The notes beneath the pieces are model-generated. The model searched no databases and was not told the DNA's origin. It saw only the letters and a program-made list of their open reading frames with translations. A DNA stretch of 64,000 nucleotides from Eledone cirrhosa (taxonomy: Eukaryota): positions 100,502,001 through 100,566,000 of the forward strand of contig OZ024740.1 of the NCBI GenBank assembly GCA_964016885.1, given 5' to 3'. Shown here one piece after another: positions 10,013-22,348 of this stretch; positions within the stretch are counted from its first letter, which is position 1, and the number at the start of each line of letters is the position of its first letter. The position numbers and the translations under genes are program-made.

Positions 10013-12791
10013 GTAACACAAACTTTAAAAAACACGACAACCACCTGATCACCTATAAATCAGGGGAGCACTCCAGTCAGATAGATTTTATCCTCATCAG
10101 AGGACGTGATAGATGGACGGTCGTAAACACAAAAGCCTTCCCTAGTGAGGAATGTGCATCCCAACATAGCTTAGTTGTCAGCGACCTCACGGTCAGAACT
10201 AGGCGAACCTGGAAACAGAGGCCAACCTGGAGAAGAAAGATCTGGAAGCTGAAAGTCCCCTCAACCAGTAACAGATTTAAAGATATTTTACTCAACGCCT
10301 ACGACAGTAAAGAAGAACAGATATAGACATTTAATGTAGAAGAGAACTGGGAGTTCCTAAAAAATAATTTACTAGTGGTGACGGATGAGGTGTGTGGCTG
10401 GAGTAAGACCTCAAGCAGGAGGAGAGTGACTTGGTGGTGGAACAATAAGGTAGATGAAGCAGTTAAGGCAAAGAGACAGGCATGGAAAGAATGGAAGAAC
10501 GGGGGGAGCAGGGTACATTACATAGAGACCAAGAGGGAAGCTAGGCGACAAGTATACTTAGCTAGGAGGGAAGCAGAGGATAGAAAATTCAAGCATGTTT
10601 TGCAACGTGAGGACCAGAAACAGGAGGTATTCAAGATTGCGAGGCAGTGTGTCAGAGATAGTTGTGATGTCATTGGAGAGAAGTGTATCCGGAATGATAA
10701 AGGTGAGCTTGCCCTCACAAGTGCTGAGAAGAAAGATGCATGGAAGAGCCATTATGATAGATTACTAAATGAGGAGAATGCATGGGAAGAAGAGACCCTA
10801 CCCCAAGTAGATCCTATAGAGGGGCCAGCAGTACAAGTCAGCAGCAACGTAGTAAGTAAGGCAATCAAAGATATGAAGATGGGGAAGGCAACCGGTACAT
10901 CGGGTATAGCTGCCGAGATGCTGAAGGCATCTGGGTCTGTAGGTCACACTATAACCATACGTATTGTTAACCAGGTAATACTAGAAGGTGTCATACCAAA
11001 AGATTGGTGCAGTAGCATCATTGTCAACTGCTACAAAGGTAAAGGCGATGCACTAGATAGAGGAAATTATAGAGGTATAAAGTTGATGGACGAGGTCATG
11101 AAAGTAACAGAAAGAGTTATAGCACAGTTGATGAGGGACCGGGTGAAAATAGACGAGATGCAATTTGGGTTTGTACCAGGAAGAGGCACCACTGATGCCC
11201 TCTTCCTTGTGAGGCAATTACAGGAAAAGTACCTAGCTAAAAGTAAGCCACTCTACTTGGCATTTGTCGACCTTGAGAAAGCCTTTGACAGAGTTCCACG
11301 TGCTGTAATCTGGTGGGCTCTTAGAAAACTAGGAGTAGATGAATGGCTTGTGAAAGCGGTACAAGCCATGTATATGGGAGCAGTCAGAAAAGTTAGGATT
11401 AGCAATGAGTATAGCAAGGAATTTAGCGTACCGGTTGGGGTCCACCCGGGCTCTGTTCTTAGCCCCCTCCTGTTCATCATAGTCCTGCAGTCAATAACGG
11501 AGGAGTTTAAGACCGAATGCCCATGGGAACTCCTGTATGCTGATGACCTTGCACTCATAGCTGAATCTATGGTAGAACTAGAGAATAAATTCCAAACTTG
11601 GAAGCAGGGACTAGAAAGAAAGGGTCTCAAAGTCAACATGACAAAGACTAAGGTCCTTGTAAGTAGACGAGAAAACAGAACCCAGATACCCTCAGGGAAA
11701 TGGCCTTGCTCAGTATGTAGGAAAGGTGTAGGTAGGAACTCCATTCTCTGCCCCAAATGCAAACAATGGGTACACAGGAGATGTAGCGGGATCTCAGGAA
11801 GCTTAATTAAGAATGTAGGCTTCACATGCAGCAGCTGTGCTGAGTCAGCAAGCAGCAAACAGCCACAGCAAACAAGTACCACCAATCTCTGGGAGGGCTC
11901 TGAAGAAACAGTAGACAGCTTCTGCTACCTAGGCGACCGAATTAGCAGCGGAGGTGGGTGTTCAGAAAGTACAATAACTAGGGTAAGAACGGGATGGAAG
12001 AAGTTTAGGGAACTACAACCACTGCTAGCTGCAAAAGGCTTCTCCCTCAGAATGAAAGGCAGACTGTATGATGCCTGTATCCGAACAGCAATGTTGCATG
12101 GTAGTGAGACCTGGGCGCTGAAGGTGGAAGACTTACGTAGATTATAGAGAAACGAAGCCTGCATGCTCCGATGGATGTGTAACAGTAATATACGTGAACA
12201 ACAAAGCATAAATGAATTGAGAGAGAGACTGAGCATAAGAGGAATCAAATGCTGTGTGCAGGAGAGGCGGTTGCGCTGGTATGGACATGTGATGCGTATG
12301 AAGGATGACAGCTGCATAAAAAGGTGCAGAACACTAGAGGTTGATGGAAACCGCGGAGTGGGGAGACCCAAGATGACCTGGGATGAGGTGATAAAAGCCG
12401 ACCTTAACCAATTACACCTCTCAAAGGCAATGACACACGACCGTGACTTCTGGCGTCACACAGTAATACAGAGTACCCGACCTCCCATGGGTACAAGCTG
12501 AAGCATATAGACAATATGCCCCCACACCCCCCACCGCAAGGTGGTCGTGGAGGTGCCACGGCAAAAAAGCACCCAGCCCACACTGTAAAGTGGACGTGTA
12601 GGCGCCACGAAAAAGCACCCAGAACTCACTGTAAATGAGGTTGGTGTTAGGAAGGGCATCCAGCTGGAGAAATCAAGCCAAATCAGTTTCTGTATGAGCA
12701 AGGCATGGTCAGCCGACCAGACACTGCCCACAACAGGACAACCCGTCCAACCCATGCTAGCGTGGAAGAACGGACGTAAAACGGTGATGAT
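10012..12791 (+). mobile_element. RTE-clade LINE, 5'-truncated within the APE domain, with two premature stops (10324, 12145)
   Basis: One frame from QIDFIL/SQHSLV through RT (NYRGIKL, FVDLEKAFDRV, LLYADD, YLG) to RLRWYGHV and GRPKMTW; (GAT)n tail. TAG at 12145 is GAG in the 29688 copy. Confidence 0.93.
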
Positions 12792-12809
12792 GATTATTAT
12801 CATTATCAC

Positions 12810-13212
12810 TATTAAAGAACTTTTCATTTAAAAAGAAAATCAGGGTGGAGAGTGAAGTGCTCCCTTCCCAACAATTTGTTGAAAGATGGGTAAGAGAGGT
12901 GAGAATGGCCTGAGTCAATGGGCCTGCTCTGAGTATGCATTTGTAGATTGGAGGTGGAAAACTGGAAGAGGGCACTTGCCCTGGTGGTCAGGGTCATCAA
13001 GGCTTTTTGTGGGCTTTCTCCATGAGTGACCCTCGGAGGTCTCCCCCCCCCGCCGTATTGGGGAATTTTCTTTTGTTTCATTTTTTTTTTACTTCCTTTA
13101 TTATTGTTTTTTTTCTTTACATGCAGACATGCCCATTTGTATCGTCCTGTACCATCCTGTGCTGTCCTTAATGTTATACTTTATCTCAACCCCTGTGTTT
13201 AATAAAGAAAGC
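12810..13212 (+). mobile_element. 3' fragment of Tx1-like LINE (end of ORF2 plus 3' UTR)
   Basis: Similar to 9590-9969; ends AATAAAGAAAGC(ATT)n and is preceded by a degenerate ATT/ATC repeat. Confidence 0.88.
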
Positions 13213-13685
13213 ATTATTATTACTAAGGCAGTGGTGGTGCTGGTATCGGTTATTGTGCTGGTGGTGGTATTTTTCAAAATTATAACTTTTTTCAAATGCT
13301 TCTGTGGTTGTGTTAGTGGTGGTGGAATTGCTGGCGGAGGTAGCAAGAGTATCTGGGTAGAGGAGAGGCGACGTTCAAAGGGATTTTTTTTATGTTCTTG
13401 GCTACTCGTTTTTGTTTTTGCTCTTTTTTTTACTGGTTCAAGGTCAGCAGCATCAGTCTATAAATAGGTTGAGGTCTTCTCTTCCTTTGAAGTCACTAGG
13501 ATTGCTATTATTGTTGCTGTTATTATTATCAAAGAAATCATTATTATACTTTATTATTATTATTGCTGTAGATGTTATCTGTCATGGCATTAGTGGGATT
13601 AGTGGTGGTAGTGGTGGTGATAATGGTAGTGACATTGCCATTATTTTTGGCTGTTCTGTGAACATGGGTGGGTATGTTATTATTT

Positions 13686-13872
13686 GGATTGGCAGTATCA
13701 ATAGAGTGTTAGACACCATGCTTTACAGCATAGAGTTACAGTCCTTTACGGTCTGAGTTCAAATCCGCTGAGGTTAACTTTGCCTTTTATCCTTATGAGG
13801 TCGATAAAATAAAGTACCAGTAATGCACTGGCCTTGTGCCAAAAGTAGAAAGAATTATTATTATTATTATTA
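13686..13872 (+). mobile_element. tRNA-type SINE (ATT-tailed family)
   Basis: A-box-like TGGCAGTATC, B-box GAGTTCAAATCC, central TTTGCCTTTYATCCTTA..GGTCGATAAAATAAAGTACCAG block (resembles the Meta-SINE domain, from memory), ends GGCCTTGTGCCAAAAGTAGAAAGA(ATT)n. Confidence 0.85.
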
Positions 13873-13876
13873 TAGT

Positions 13877-14064
13877 GTGGTGGATTGGCAGTATCGGTAG
13901 AGCGTTGGACATCATGCTTTGCAGCATAGAGTTATGGCCCTTGACGTTCTGAGTTCAAATCCAGCCGAGGTTAGCTTTGCCTTTCATCCATACGGAGTCG
14001 ATAAAATAAAGCACCAGTAATGCACTGGGGTAATTGGTGGCCTTGTACCAAAAGTAGAAACAAT
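13877..14064 (+). mobile_element. tRNA-type SINE (ATT-tailed family), tandem second copy
   Basis: Same family; starts just after the ATT tail of the previous copy. Confidence 0.85.
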
Positions 14065-14094
14065 ACTTATGTTCTTAGTCTTTTTTATAAAATT

Positions 14095-14182
14095 TATTTT
14101 ACATAAAGAAAAACCTACACTGTATCGTCCTGTAGTGTCTTTAATGTTTCCTTAATGTGAGCCCTGTGTGGCTAATAAAGAC
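14095..14182 (+). mobile_element. Very short 3'-terminal fragment of a Tx1-like LINE
   Basis: TGTATCGTCCTGTAGTGTCTTTAATG...CCCTGTGTGGCTAATAAAGAC(ATT)n matches the Tx1 3' terminus. Confidence 0.7.
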
Positions 14183-14194
14183 ATTATTATTATT

Positions 14195-15037
14195 AGTGGA
14201 GGGGAAGAGCGACGACGTACTTGGGGAAACTCTAGGCGTCGAACTTTCGGGCTGGGGCCTATGGACAACTTCCAGAAATCCCTGGCATGGCAGTGCTAGA
14301 GAGGAGCTTTGCCAGTTCGGGATAAACTCTACAGGCATGGAGGTGCCGTCAGCCGGGCATGTCTGAGATGCATGCAGGGCGACGAAACCGTCCTGCACGC
14401 ACTCGTCCAGTGTCCGAGCATTGCTGATTTGTGGGTTTATGTCGAACATCTGCTGTCGCGTGTAGGACGGATCCAGCTATCAGCTGAGTCTATCGTGAGG
14501 ATTGCCCCACCCTCTTCCTTTAGCCGGGAAGCGCAGGCAGTTTTTATCTGTCTGGTGGCCATGGCGAAAGAGATAGTATGGTGGACACGTTTGAAAGGGC
14601 TGAAGATGAGCACTTACCTCTTCGGTGATGCCCTGATTAACTTTTTCAAATTTCATTTGAAAAGGAAAATCAGGGTAGAGAGGGAAGTGCTCTCTTCCCA
14701 GCATTTTGTTGAAAGATGGGTGAGAGAGGCAAGAATGGCCCGAGTGAAAGGGCCTACTCTGAGTATGTGTCTGTAAATTAAAGGTGGAAAACTGGGAGAG
14801 GGCACTTGCCCTGGTGGTCAAGGTCACTGTGGCTTTTTACTGGGCTTTCTCCACGAATGTCCCTCGGAAGTCTCCCCCCTATTGGGGAATTTTTTCATTG
14901 TTCTATTATTACATCCTCTGTTTCTTATTTTTTTTACATGCAGAAATGCCTTTTTGTACCGTTCTGTAATGTCCTGTATTGTCCTGTACTGTCCTTAATG
15001 TCTACTTTATGTAAACCCTTGTGGTTAATAAAGAAAG

Positions 15038-15038
<1 letters not shown>
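14195..15038 (+). mobile_element. 5'-truncated Tx1 subfamily A copy (zinc-binding C-terminus plus 3' UTR)
   Basis: Near-identical to 9110-9969 with a small internal deletion; (ATT)n on both sides (14183-14194 and 15039-15086). Confidence 0.93.
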
Positions 15039-15086
<48 letters not shown>

Positions 15087-15088
<2 letters not shown>

Positions 15089-18000
15089 AACACCATCAAT
15101 AACAACAGCGACAACAAAAATAACAGTAGTAAAGTCGAGAACGACAATAACAAAAATAACAGCAGTAGGGTCGAGAACGACAATAACAATGACAATAACA
15201 ACAGCCACAACAACAATAATAGTAGGAACAGTATCAACAAAAACAAAAATAATAACAACAGCCACAATAACAGTAACAACAGCAACAGTATCAACGAAAA
15301 CAACCACAACAACACCAACAACTGTACCAACGAAAACAACAACAATGACACCGATACCTGTAACAGCGACCTCAGCACCAGTAGCGGCAGCAATAGTGGT
15401 GCTGCTGAAAAAGGGACCACTTCTTTTGCAGGTGTCGCCCGAAATATCGAAACAGTGTTAGTCACAGAGGAGGAGATGGCAGTCGCAAGGGCCATGGTGA
15501 CAAGAAACGCCAATAGAGTCTCCCTGAAACCTCCACCCGATTTTTTCAAGGGCCAGCAGCTACGGACGGTGACTTACCGCAAATTCTCACATCGGGTGGA
15601 GAGAGCCACGGAGGCTCAAATCCAGAAGGCCTTGGGGTGCGTCTGGGCACGCAAAACCCACATCACCCGAGGCAGAAAGTACGCCACAGTTGACGTACTT
15701 TTCGCCACCCCCCAGGGAGCAAAGTCTCACTCTTTGGAAACCCTAAAGAGTGAGGAGATAGTCTTGGTGCCCTCCTACTGCGGGCAGAAAATTGTGAGGG
15801 CCAAAGTGACCCAGGTCCCATCCGACGTGCCCATACATTGGCTGGCCACGTCTGTCTTTGCTGGAATCAAGAACAGGATGACCATGCTGCAAGTAGAAAA
15901 AATAGGGAGAGAGAACTGGTCAGGTATAGGCATGCAAATGCTTATACAAACTGACCAGGAATGTATCGACGCTATCCCCGATATCATTGACATCGAGGAA
16001 GGACTCCAACTCCCTATAGTGTAGAAGGAAGACAGCCAAAATGTTATCTCTGTGGGTCGAAGTATCACCTCAGGGCCTTTTGCCCGCAGAAGACAACGAA
16101 GACAGCCCCTCTCCTCCCAATACCTGGTCCGCTGCTACCAAGAGCAGGGCAGGCAACAAACAAAGTAGCCCCTTCCACGGTGAGTAGGAGGGCAACGTCC
16201 GTAGCACCCGTACCAATGCCACGGACAACTAAAGCAGCAGTATCAGTGGCGGCAACACCATTAGCTACATTTGAAGTAGCTACACCAGCAACAAAATTGC
16301 AGAAGAGGGCTCCACTACCACCACCAACAGCCGTGGAGCACACCCCCCTCCCAGACGCCACAGAATCCGACATGGAGTTTGAGGCGGGAGTGAAGTGGCA
16401 AACGGTCTGCTACAAAAATACAAAAAAGAAAAACACCCTTAGATTCATCCTCCAAAAGCGAAGGCATACAAAGAAGGGTAAAGGCAGCAAGGAAACTTGC
16501 AGCAACACCACCACCATTACCACTGACAACAACAACCACACCACCATCAGCATCACCAAAAACACCAACAACGCAAACACAAGATACACACGCCAAACAG
16601 CATCAAGAAGAAAACAGCAACAAAATCACCCCTCCCCCAAAAAGTACACAACCATAAACATGGCAAAAAAAGAACTCATACAATATATAAAGCAGCACAC
16701 AGACATCACAGAAGAAAACTACTACACCCCACCAACACCAAGAACTCTCCCGACAAACAAGCATCATCGAAATCTCAATAGAACAGCACAAACCTTTAAA
16801 ACAAAAATTCCCCAACGCAGTTGGAGACTTCAGAGGGTCCGTTACCAAGAGGATATACACTGACATCCTCTTGGAAACACTCATGACCAGCGAAAGGGAC
16901 GGTTCTACTGTCCCTTCACCACACGATCAAGGTAAGTGGCCCTTTCTCACTTGCCCCGTTTCTCATCCAACATGGCCGTACTCAGAATAGGCAGTACAAA
17001 AGCACGTGGCCTGGGGTCATCTTGGAAGCAGGGTCACCTGCTCAACGTCCTCAGGTCACTAAACATAGATTGGGTGGCCATCAGTGAAACCAGAGTGTCC
17101 GAAGCACAAGCCTTCGCACCGATCTTCGGCGGCTACGATATATACGCATCTCCCAGCCGTCCAGGATCGGGGGGAGGGGTTGCCGTCCTTTTCAGAGAGG
17201 CTTGGATCTCGCGATACGGGCCATCTTCATAGAACAAGAAGGTAAGTCGGTGGTGCTGGACGTGACCGGCAGCGAAGGCAATGCTTTCAGGCTAGTAGCC
17301 GTCTACGCCCCAACAGGGGCAGGACGACCAGATTTCTTCAGACGTCTAGAGACCTTTCTTGGAACGTCCCGCTCTTTAGTGTTAGTGGGCGACTGGAACG
17401 GTATCTTGGATGCACGCTGGGATCGTGTGTGGCTAGTGGATAGGGGAGGAGGGTGCAAGAGCCTCACCAACCTGCTCAGACGTTTTGAACTGTCTGACAG
17501 GTATCGACTGGACCACCCGAATGTGCCAATGTGGACATGGACAAACCGCATCGGGTCATCCAGATTGTATCTCGATAGGGTATTGTGCAGAGAACTAGAT
17601 AAAGCTAGTATAAGTTGTCCACAATTTAAAATAGTCGACTACACAGACCACAAATTTGTGATCTGTGAGATCGACATAGACAGACTTCATAGATAAGGGC
17701 CTGGTTACTGGAAGCTGAACGCGTCTTGCCCGGCGCGCAAAGCCTACGGAGACCGGATTAGCGTATTAGTTAAGCGGGCGTTGAAGGGAGCGGTCGTCAA
17801 CGACAGGTGGTGGTTCGCCCTGAAAAGGGCAGTTAAAGTAGAGTCGATTAGGTTTAGCAAAGGAGTAGTGATAAAGGAAAATAGAGTAGAGGGAGAGCTT
17901 GTCAGAAAGCTAGAAGATGCGTTTAGGACAGGCATCGCAACCGACGTGCTTGCGGCGAGATTGACACTCGACCAATTCTTCAACGCAAAACACGAAGGCT

Positions 18001-20632
18001 GCGTTGTCAGAGCTAGAGCGCGTGCTCTGAAACACGAGGGGACAAAAGCCGTCCAACGGGCCCGGGTGGCAGAGTCGCGACGTGGCAACAAAGCCACAAT
18101 TCGGTCTTTGTCTGACCAAAACGGGTGCGTGATGTGCGAACCCGAGCGGATGTGTGAAGCTTTTCAGCAGCACTTTGCTGAACTGTTCGGGAGCGGCGGC
18201 GGCCCGGATCGGAGCATGGACTTCAGTGCATACCTCGACGGACTGCCTCGGCTCTCGACGATCGCAGCACAGTGTTGCGAAAAGCCAATAACAGCCGGTG
18301 AAATACGGGCAGCGATGGCCAGCTGCACAAGGGGTAAATCGCCAGGTTTGGATGGTCTTCCCTACGAGCTTTATGCATTTATGCCAGACATGTTCGGTGA
18401 CCACTTGGCAGACGTCTACTGCAACTGGCAGCAGAACGGGAGCATTCCCAGTTTCGTGAGCCGTGGAGCAGTGGCGCTGCTGAGAAATGACCCGAACAAG
18501 TGTGATGTTATCGATAATTTCAGGCCCATAACCCTGCTAAACGCAGAGTTCAAGATTTTGGGCAAGGTGTTAGCAACGAGGTTTGCGCTTGTCGTCAAGG
18601 GTCTGGTGGGAGGGGCGCAGAGATGCGCCATTCCAGACAGATCCATACACGACAACCTCCACCTCATGCGATACATCATAGAGAGGGTGGTTAAGGAACC
18701 TGGCACGGGTGGGGCCCTGATCAACTTGGACAAATCCAAAGCATTCGATAGGGTCAACCAACGGTACTTGGCGGCGTTCCTCGAGGCAGCCGGTTTCGGG
18801 CCCGTTTTCAGGGGTTGGATCGCATCAATGTACAGCGATATCTGCTCAGTTGTAAGGGTGAACGGTCACCTGTCGCAGCCGTTCAGCATCATGCGCTCAG
18901 TCCGCCAGGGTTGTCCCCTCTCGTCCCTCTTATACGTATTGGCTCTCGAGCCGTTACTGCACAAAATGGGGCCGATGAGGGGCGTCATACGCGAACTAGG
19001 ATGCGGGAAATACGAGTCGGCTTACGCTGACGACGTCACCGTGGTGGTGTCGAGCACCAGACACGTCCAGATGCTCGGCACCGCTCTCAAGGAAAACGAA
19101 GAGGTGACAGGATCAAAGATAAACCAGGAAAAGTTGGTGGGCTTGCAGCTCGGCACCTGGAGAGGCAAGTCCATGCCGTCCGACAGCGTCGTGGGGCGTT
19201 GGACGGACGGACCGGTTAAATTGCTCGGGGTCTGGTTTGGACCGGACCTCCAGATGGAGAAAAACTGGAACGAGGTGACGAGCAGGGTGGCCTCCCTCCC
19301 CCAGAAATGGGCCGAGAGGAAGCTGTCCCTGAAAGGCCGGGCGGTGGTGGCGAATGCGTACATCGCATCCGTCATCTGCTGTCGCCTCACCGTCGTCCCT
19401 TGCTCCAGCCCAACTCTCACCAAAATGGAGTGCCTCCTCTTCTGCTTTTTGTGGAAAGGACGCGCTCCCATGATCAGACGATCCATCTGCTGTCAACACC
19501 CATTGCGTGAAGGACTGGGCATGCCATGGCTGATGATGCGCAAACATGCGCTGAGGCTGTGACATCTCTGGTGCTTCCTTGATGGTGAACAGGTGTGGTC
19601 GCCGTTCGCCAGGCACGTTTTCCCACAGCTCGTTTCCTTGACGGAGCTGTAGTCCTGGGTCAGAAAAAGACAAGTATCAGTGGAACATCCATCTTGGCAT
19701 TCTATAGAGGACTAGTGGAGGGGAAGAGCGACGACATTCTCGGAGAGATCCTGGGCGTCGAAGAAGATCAGCTGTTTTCTCTCTTCCGGAGAACTTTCAG
19801 CCCGGGGCCTATGAATAACTTCCAAATATCCCTGGCCTGGCAGTGCTACCGGGGAGAGCTGCCAGTTTGAGATAAGCTCTACAGGCACGGAAGTGCCGTC
19901 AGCCGAGCCTGCGCGAGATGCGCGCAGAGCGACGAAACCGTCGTGCACGCACTCGTTCAGTGCCCGAGCATTGCTGACTTGTGGAGCTATGTCGAACAGT
20001 TGCTGTCGCGTGTAGGACTGATCCGGTTGTCGATGAGTCCATTGTGCAGATGGTCTTGCCGCCTTCCTTTGAGGAGGAAGGGCAGGCGGTTTCCATCTGC
20101 CTGGTGGCCATGGCAAAAGAGATTGTGTGGTGGACAAGGTTAAAAGTGGTAAAGACACACACTTTCTTCTTCGGCGAATCCCTAATTAACTTTTTCAAGT
20201 TTCACTTGAAGAGGAAAATCAGGGTGGAGAGGCAAGTGCTGCTTTCTAGCAAGTTTGTTGAAAGGTGGGTGAATGTAGCGAGAATGGTCCGAGTGAACGG
20301 GACCACTCTGAATATACGTCTGTAGTTTGAGAGATGGAAAAATTGAGAGAGGGCGCTTGCCCTGGTGGTCAGGGTGGCCGTGGTCTTTTGTGTGGTTTTC
20401 GCCACGAGTAACCCTCGGAGGTTTCCCCCCTATTGGGGAACTTTTCATTGTTTCAATTTTCATTTTTATTGTTTATATATATATATATGTTTCTATGTCC
20501 TTTTTTTTTCTTTTTTTATATAAATAATAAAAATATTTACACGCACAAAACCCACATCGTACCGTCCTGTACCGTCCAGTGCCGTCTGTAATGTTTTACT
20601 TGATGTCAGCCCTTGTGGCCAATAAAGAAATC
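15087..20632 (+). mobile_element. Tx1-like LINE subfamily B, near full length, decayed (ORF1 ~15087-16935, ORF2 16972-20325)
   Basis: ORF1 with CYLCGSKYHLRAFC knuckle. ORF2 is colinear with 6304-9723 but has frameshifts/stops (~17200, 17694, 19560, deletion ~19670). Ends AATAAAGAAATC followed by (ATT)n to ~20660. Confidence 0.92.
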
Positions 20633-21869
20633 ATCATTATTATTATTATTATTATTATTAAATTTTATCACTATTAATGTTGCTGTACTTGTTGTTTTTG
20701 GAAACTCCTGACATCTTTCCAAAAGGTTAAAAAAGACAAAATTTAGCAGTAGTGATTAAAATTACAGATGCAGTGATTTAGTATAATTTTTACACTATGT
20801 CAATTAGATATTTCTTCTTCTGCCATTATTAATGATTTCCATTTGTTTTTGTTATACATTTCTTCACTTTTTTTAAAAATTTATTTATTACTTTTCTAAC
20901 TTGTATTTTTCTACTAAGAAATTACTACGATCAATGTTTAGACAGTTGTCCATTTCTCAAATATTTAAACTACAACAAAATATTGCTACCGCTTTACATT
21001 GATACACACACAAATATATACATTTATAATTCATACACACCACACAAACACAACATGCATGCACACTGATACATATACATCATACATACCTGAATATATA
21101 TATATATATATTGTTATACTTTGGGAGGTCATGCTGCCAATGCAAGATGGTGTAGGATAGAACAAAGGAGAGACACAAAACGAAAATCCAGTCACTTAGG
21201 TCACAGATCTGTGATGAAAGAGCTTTGACAATATATAAACAACCATTTGGTTTTCGAAACAACCAACCAAACAACCTGAAATTTCTGATAAATTGAAGTG
21301 AAAACCAACAGATGCATATGTTTTTATTACCAACATGACACTCCCAAAGTATAACAATATCTGTTTCAACACATGTTTTCAGATAAGAAATCTTGCAAAA
21401 CAAATTAAAAAAGAAGTATAGATATGTGTGTGTGTGTGTGTGTGTGTGTGCGCGTGTGTGTGTGTATTGTATATATATATATGTATGTATTTTATTCCTT
21501 TATCATTCATTTATTTATTCAATTTAAACGTCCGTATAGAGCTAGTAAGCCATGACAGACTGGGGAAGTATTGAGTACCTAATACAAAAGAGCTAATGAG
21601 ACAATTAATATATAAAAAAAAATATAAATAAATAAATAAAATAAACATAAAAAAAGAGGAAAGGGAAAAAGATAAAATAACAAAAATAACATTTCAAATA
21701 TTGATTATGCCTAAGAAAACAAAACGGAAAAGAGTAAACAAGTTAAGCTGTAAAACATCTAGAAGTTCCTCTTGTTGAATCTTTTTGTAACTTCCATGCA
21801 CTCAACTATGCCAACCTATACATTTGCTATATTGAGGCATAAAGCTTTGCTCAATACACTGGCTCCATT

Positions 21870-22290
21870 TCTGAGTTATACTGACAACTGTGTTGGCACC
21901 ATCTCACTCACTTGAGAACAACTCAACTCTTTCCTCTCTTTCCTCTGCTCCTTCCACCCCATATTCGACCTCACCACCTCCATCTCCCCCACCTCTGTTC
22001 ACTTCTTGAACAGTTCCATCTCCACCAACCCTTCTGATTGCTCACTCACCCTCTCCACCTTCTTTCAACTTACTGACTCCCATTCCTACCTGGATTTTAC
22101 CTCATCCCACCCCACCCATTCCTAAAACACCATACCCTACACCAAAATTCCTCCGCCTCCATCAGTACCTATGACTTTGAAGCGGGAGCCCACTACATGG
22201 CAGGGCACTTCACTTGGCGAGGTTACCCCACCTCCCTGGTCCTCAGAAACTACCTCCACCTGCAGTTAGACCCATCCATCTCCCCTATAT
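21870..22290 (+). pseudogene. Penelope-like reverse transcriptase fragment
   Basis: Manual translation gives YTDNCVG (YIDD-like), HFLN, TDSHSYLDFTSSHP..NTIPY..FLRL, typical of the PLE RT C-terminus. Confidence 0.75.
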
Positions 22291-22348
22291 TGCCGTCAGG
22301 TTTTTACTTTCTTTTATACATATATACATTCATATATTATATATATAT

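Noticed and set aside
9787-10326. 179-aa ORF with poly-Leu
   Set aside because: Chimera of Tx1 3' UTR, (TTA)n and an RTE fragment; not a gene.
11253-12371. Antisense ORFs of 210 and 148 aa, also seen at 30221-31336
   Set aside because: Recur only because the RTE copies are near-identical; no domain evidence.
15021-15549. Poly-Ile/Thr and poly-Leu ORFs resembling membrane or mucin proteins
   Set aside because: Translation of (ATT)n plus low-complexity Tx1 ORF1 on both strands.
660-20660. CRISPR-like repeat/spacer reading of the ATT-separated array
   Set aside because: Eukaryotic context; the separators are variable-length microsatellites and the 'spacers' are retroelements; no cas genes.
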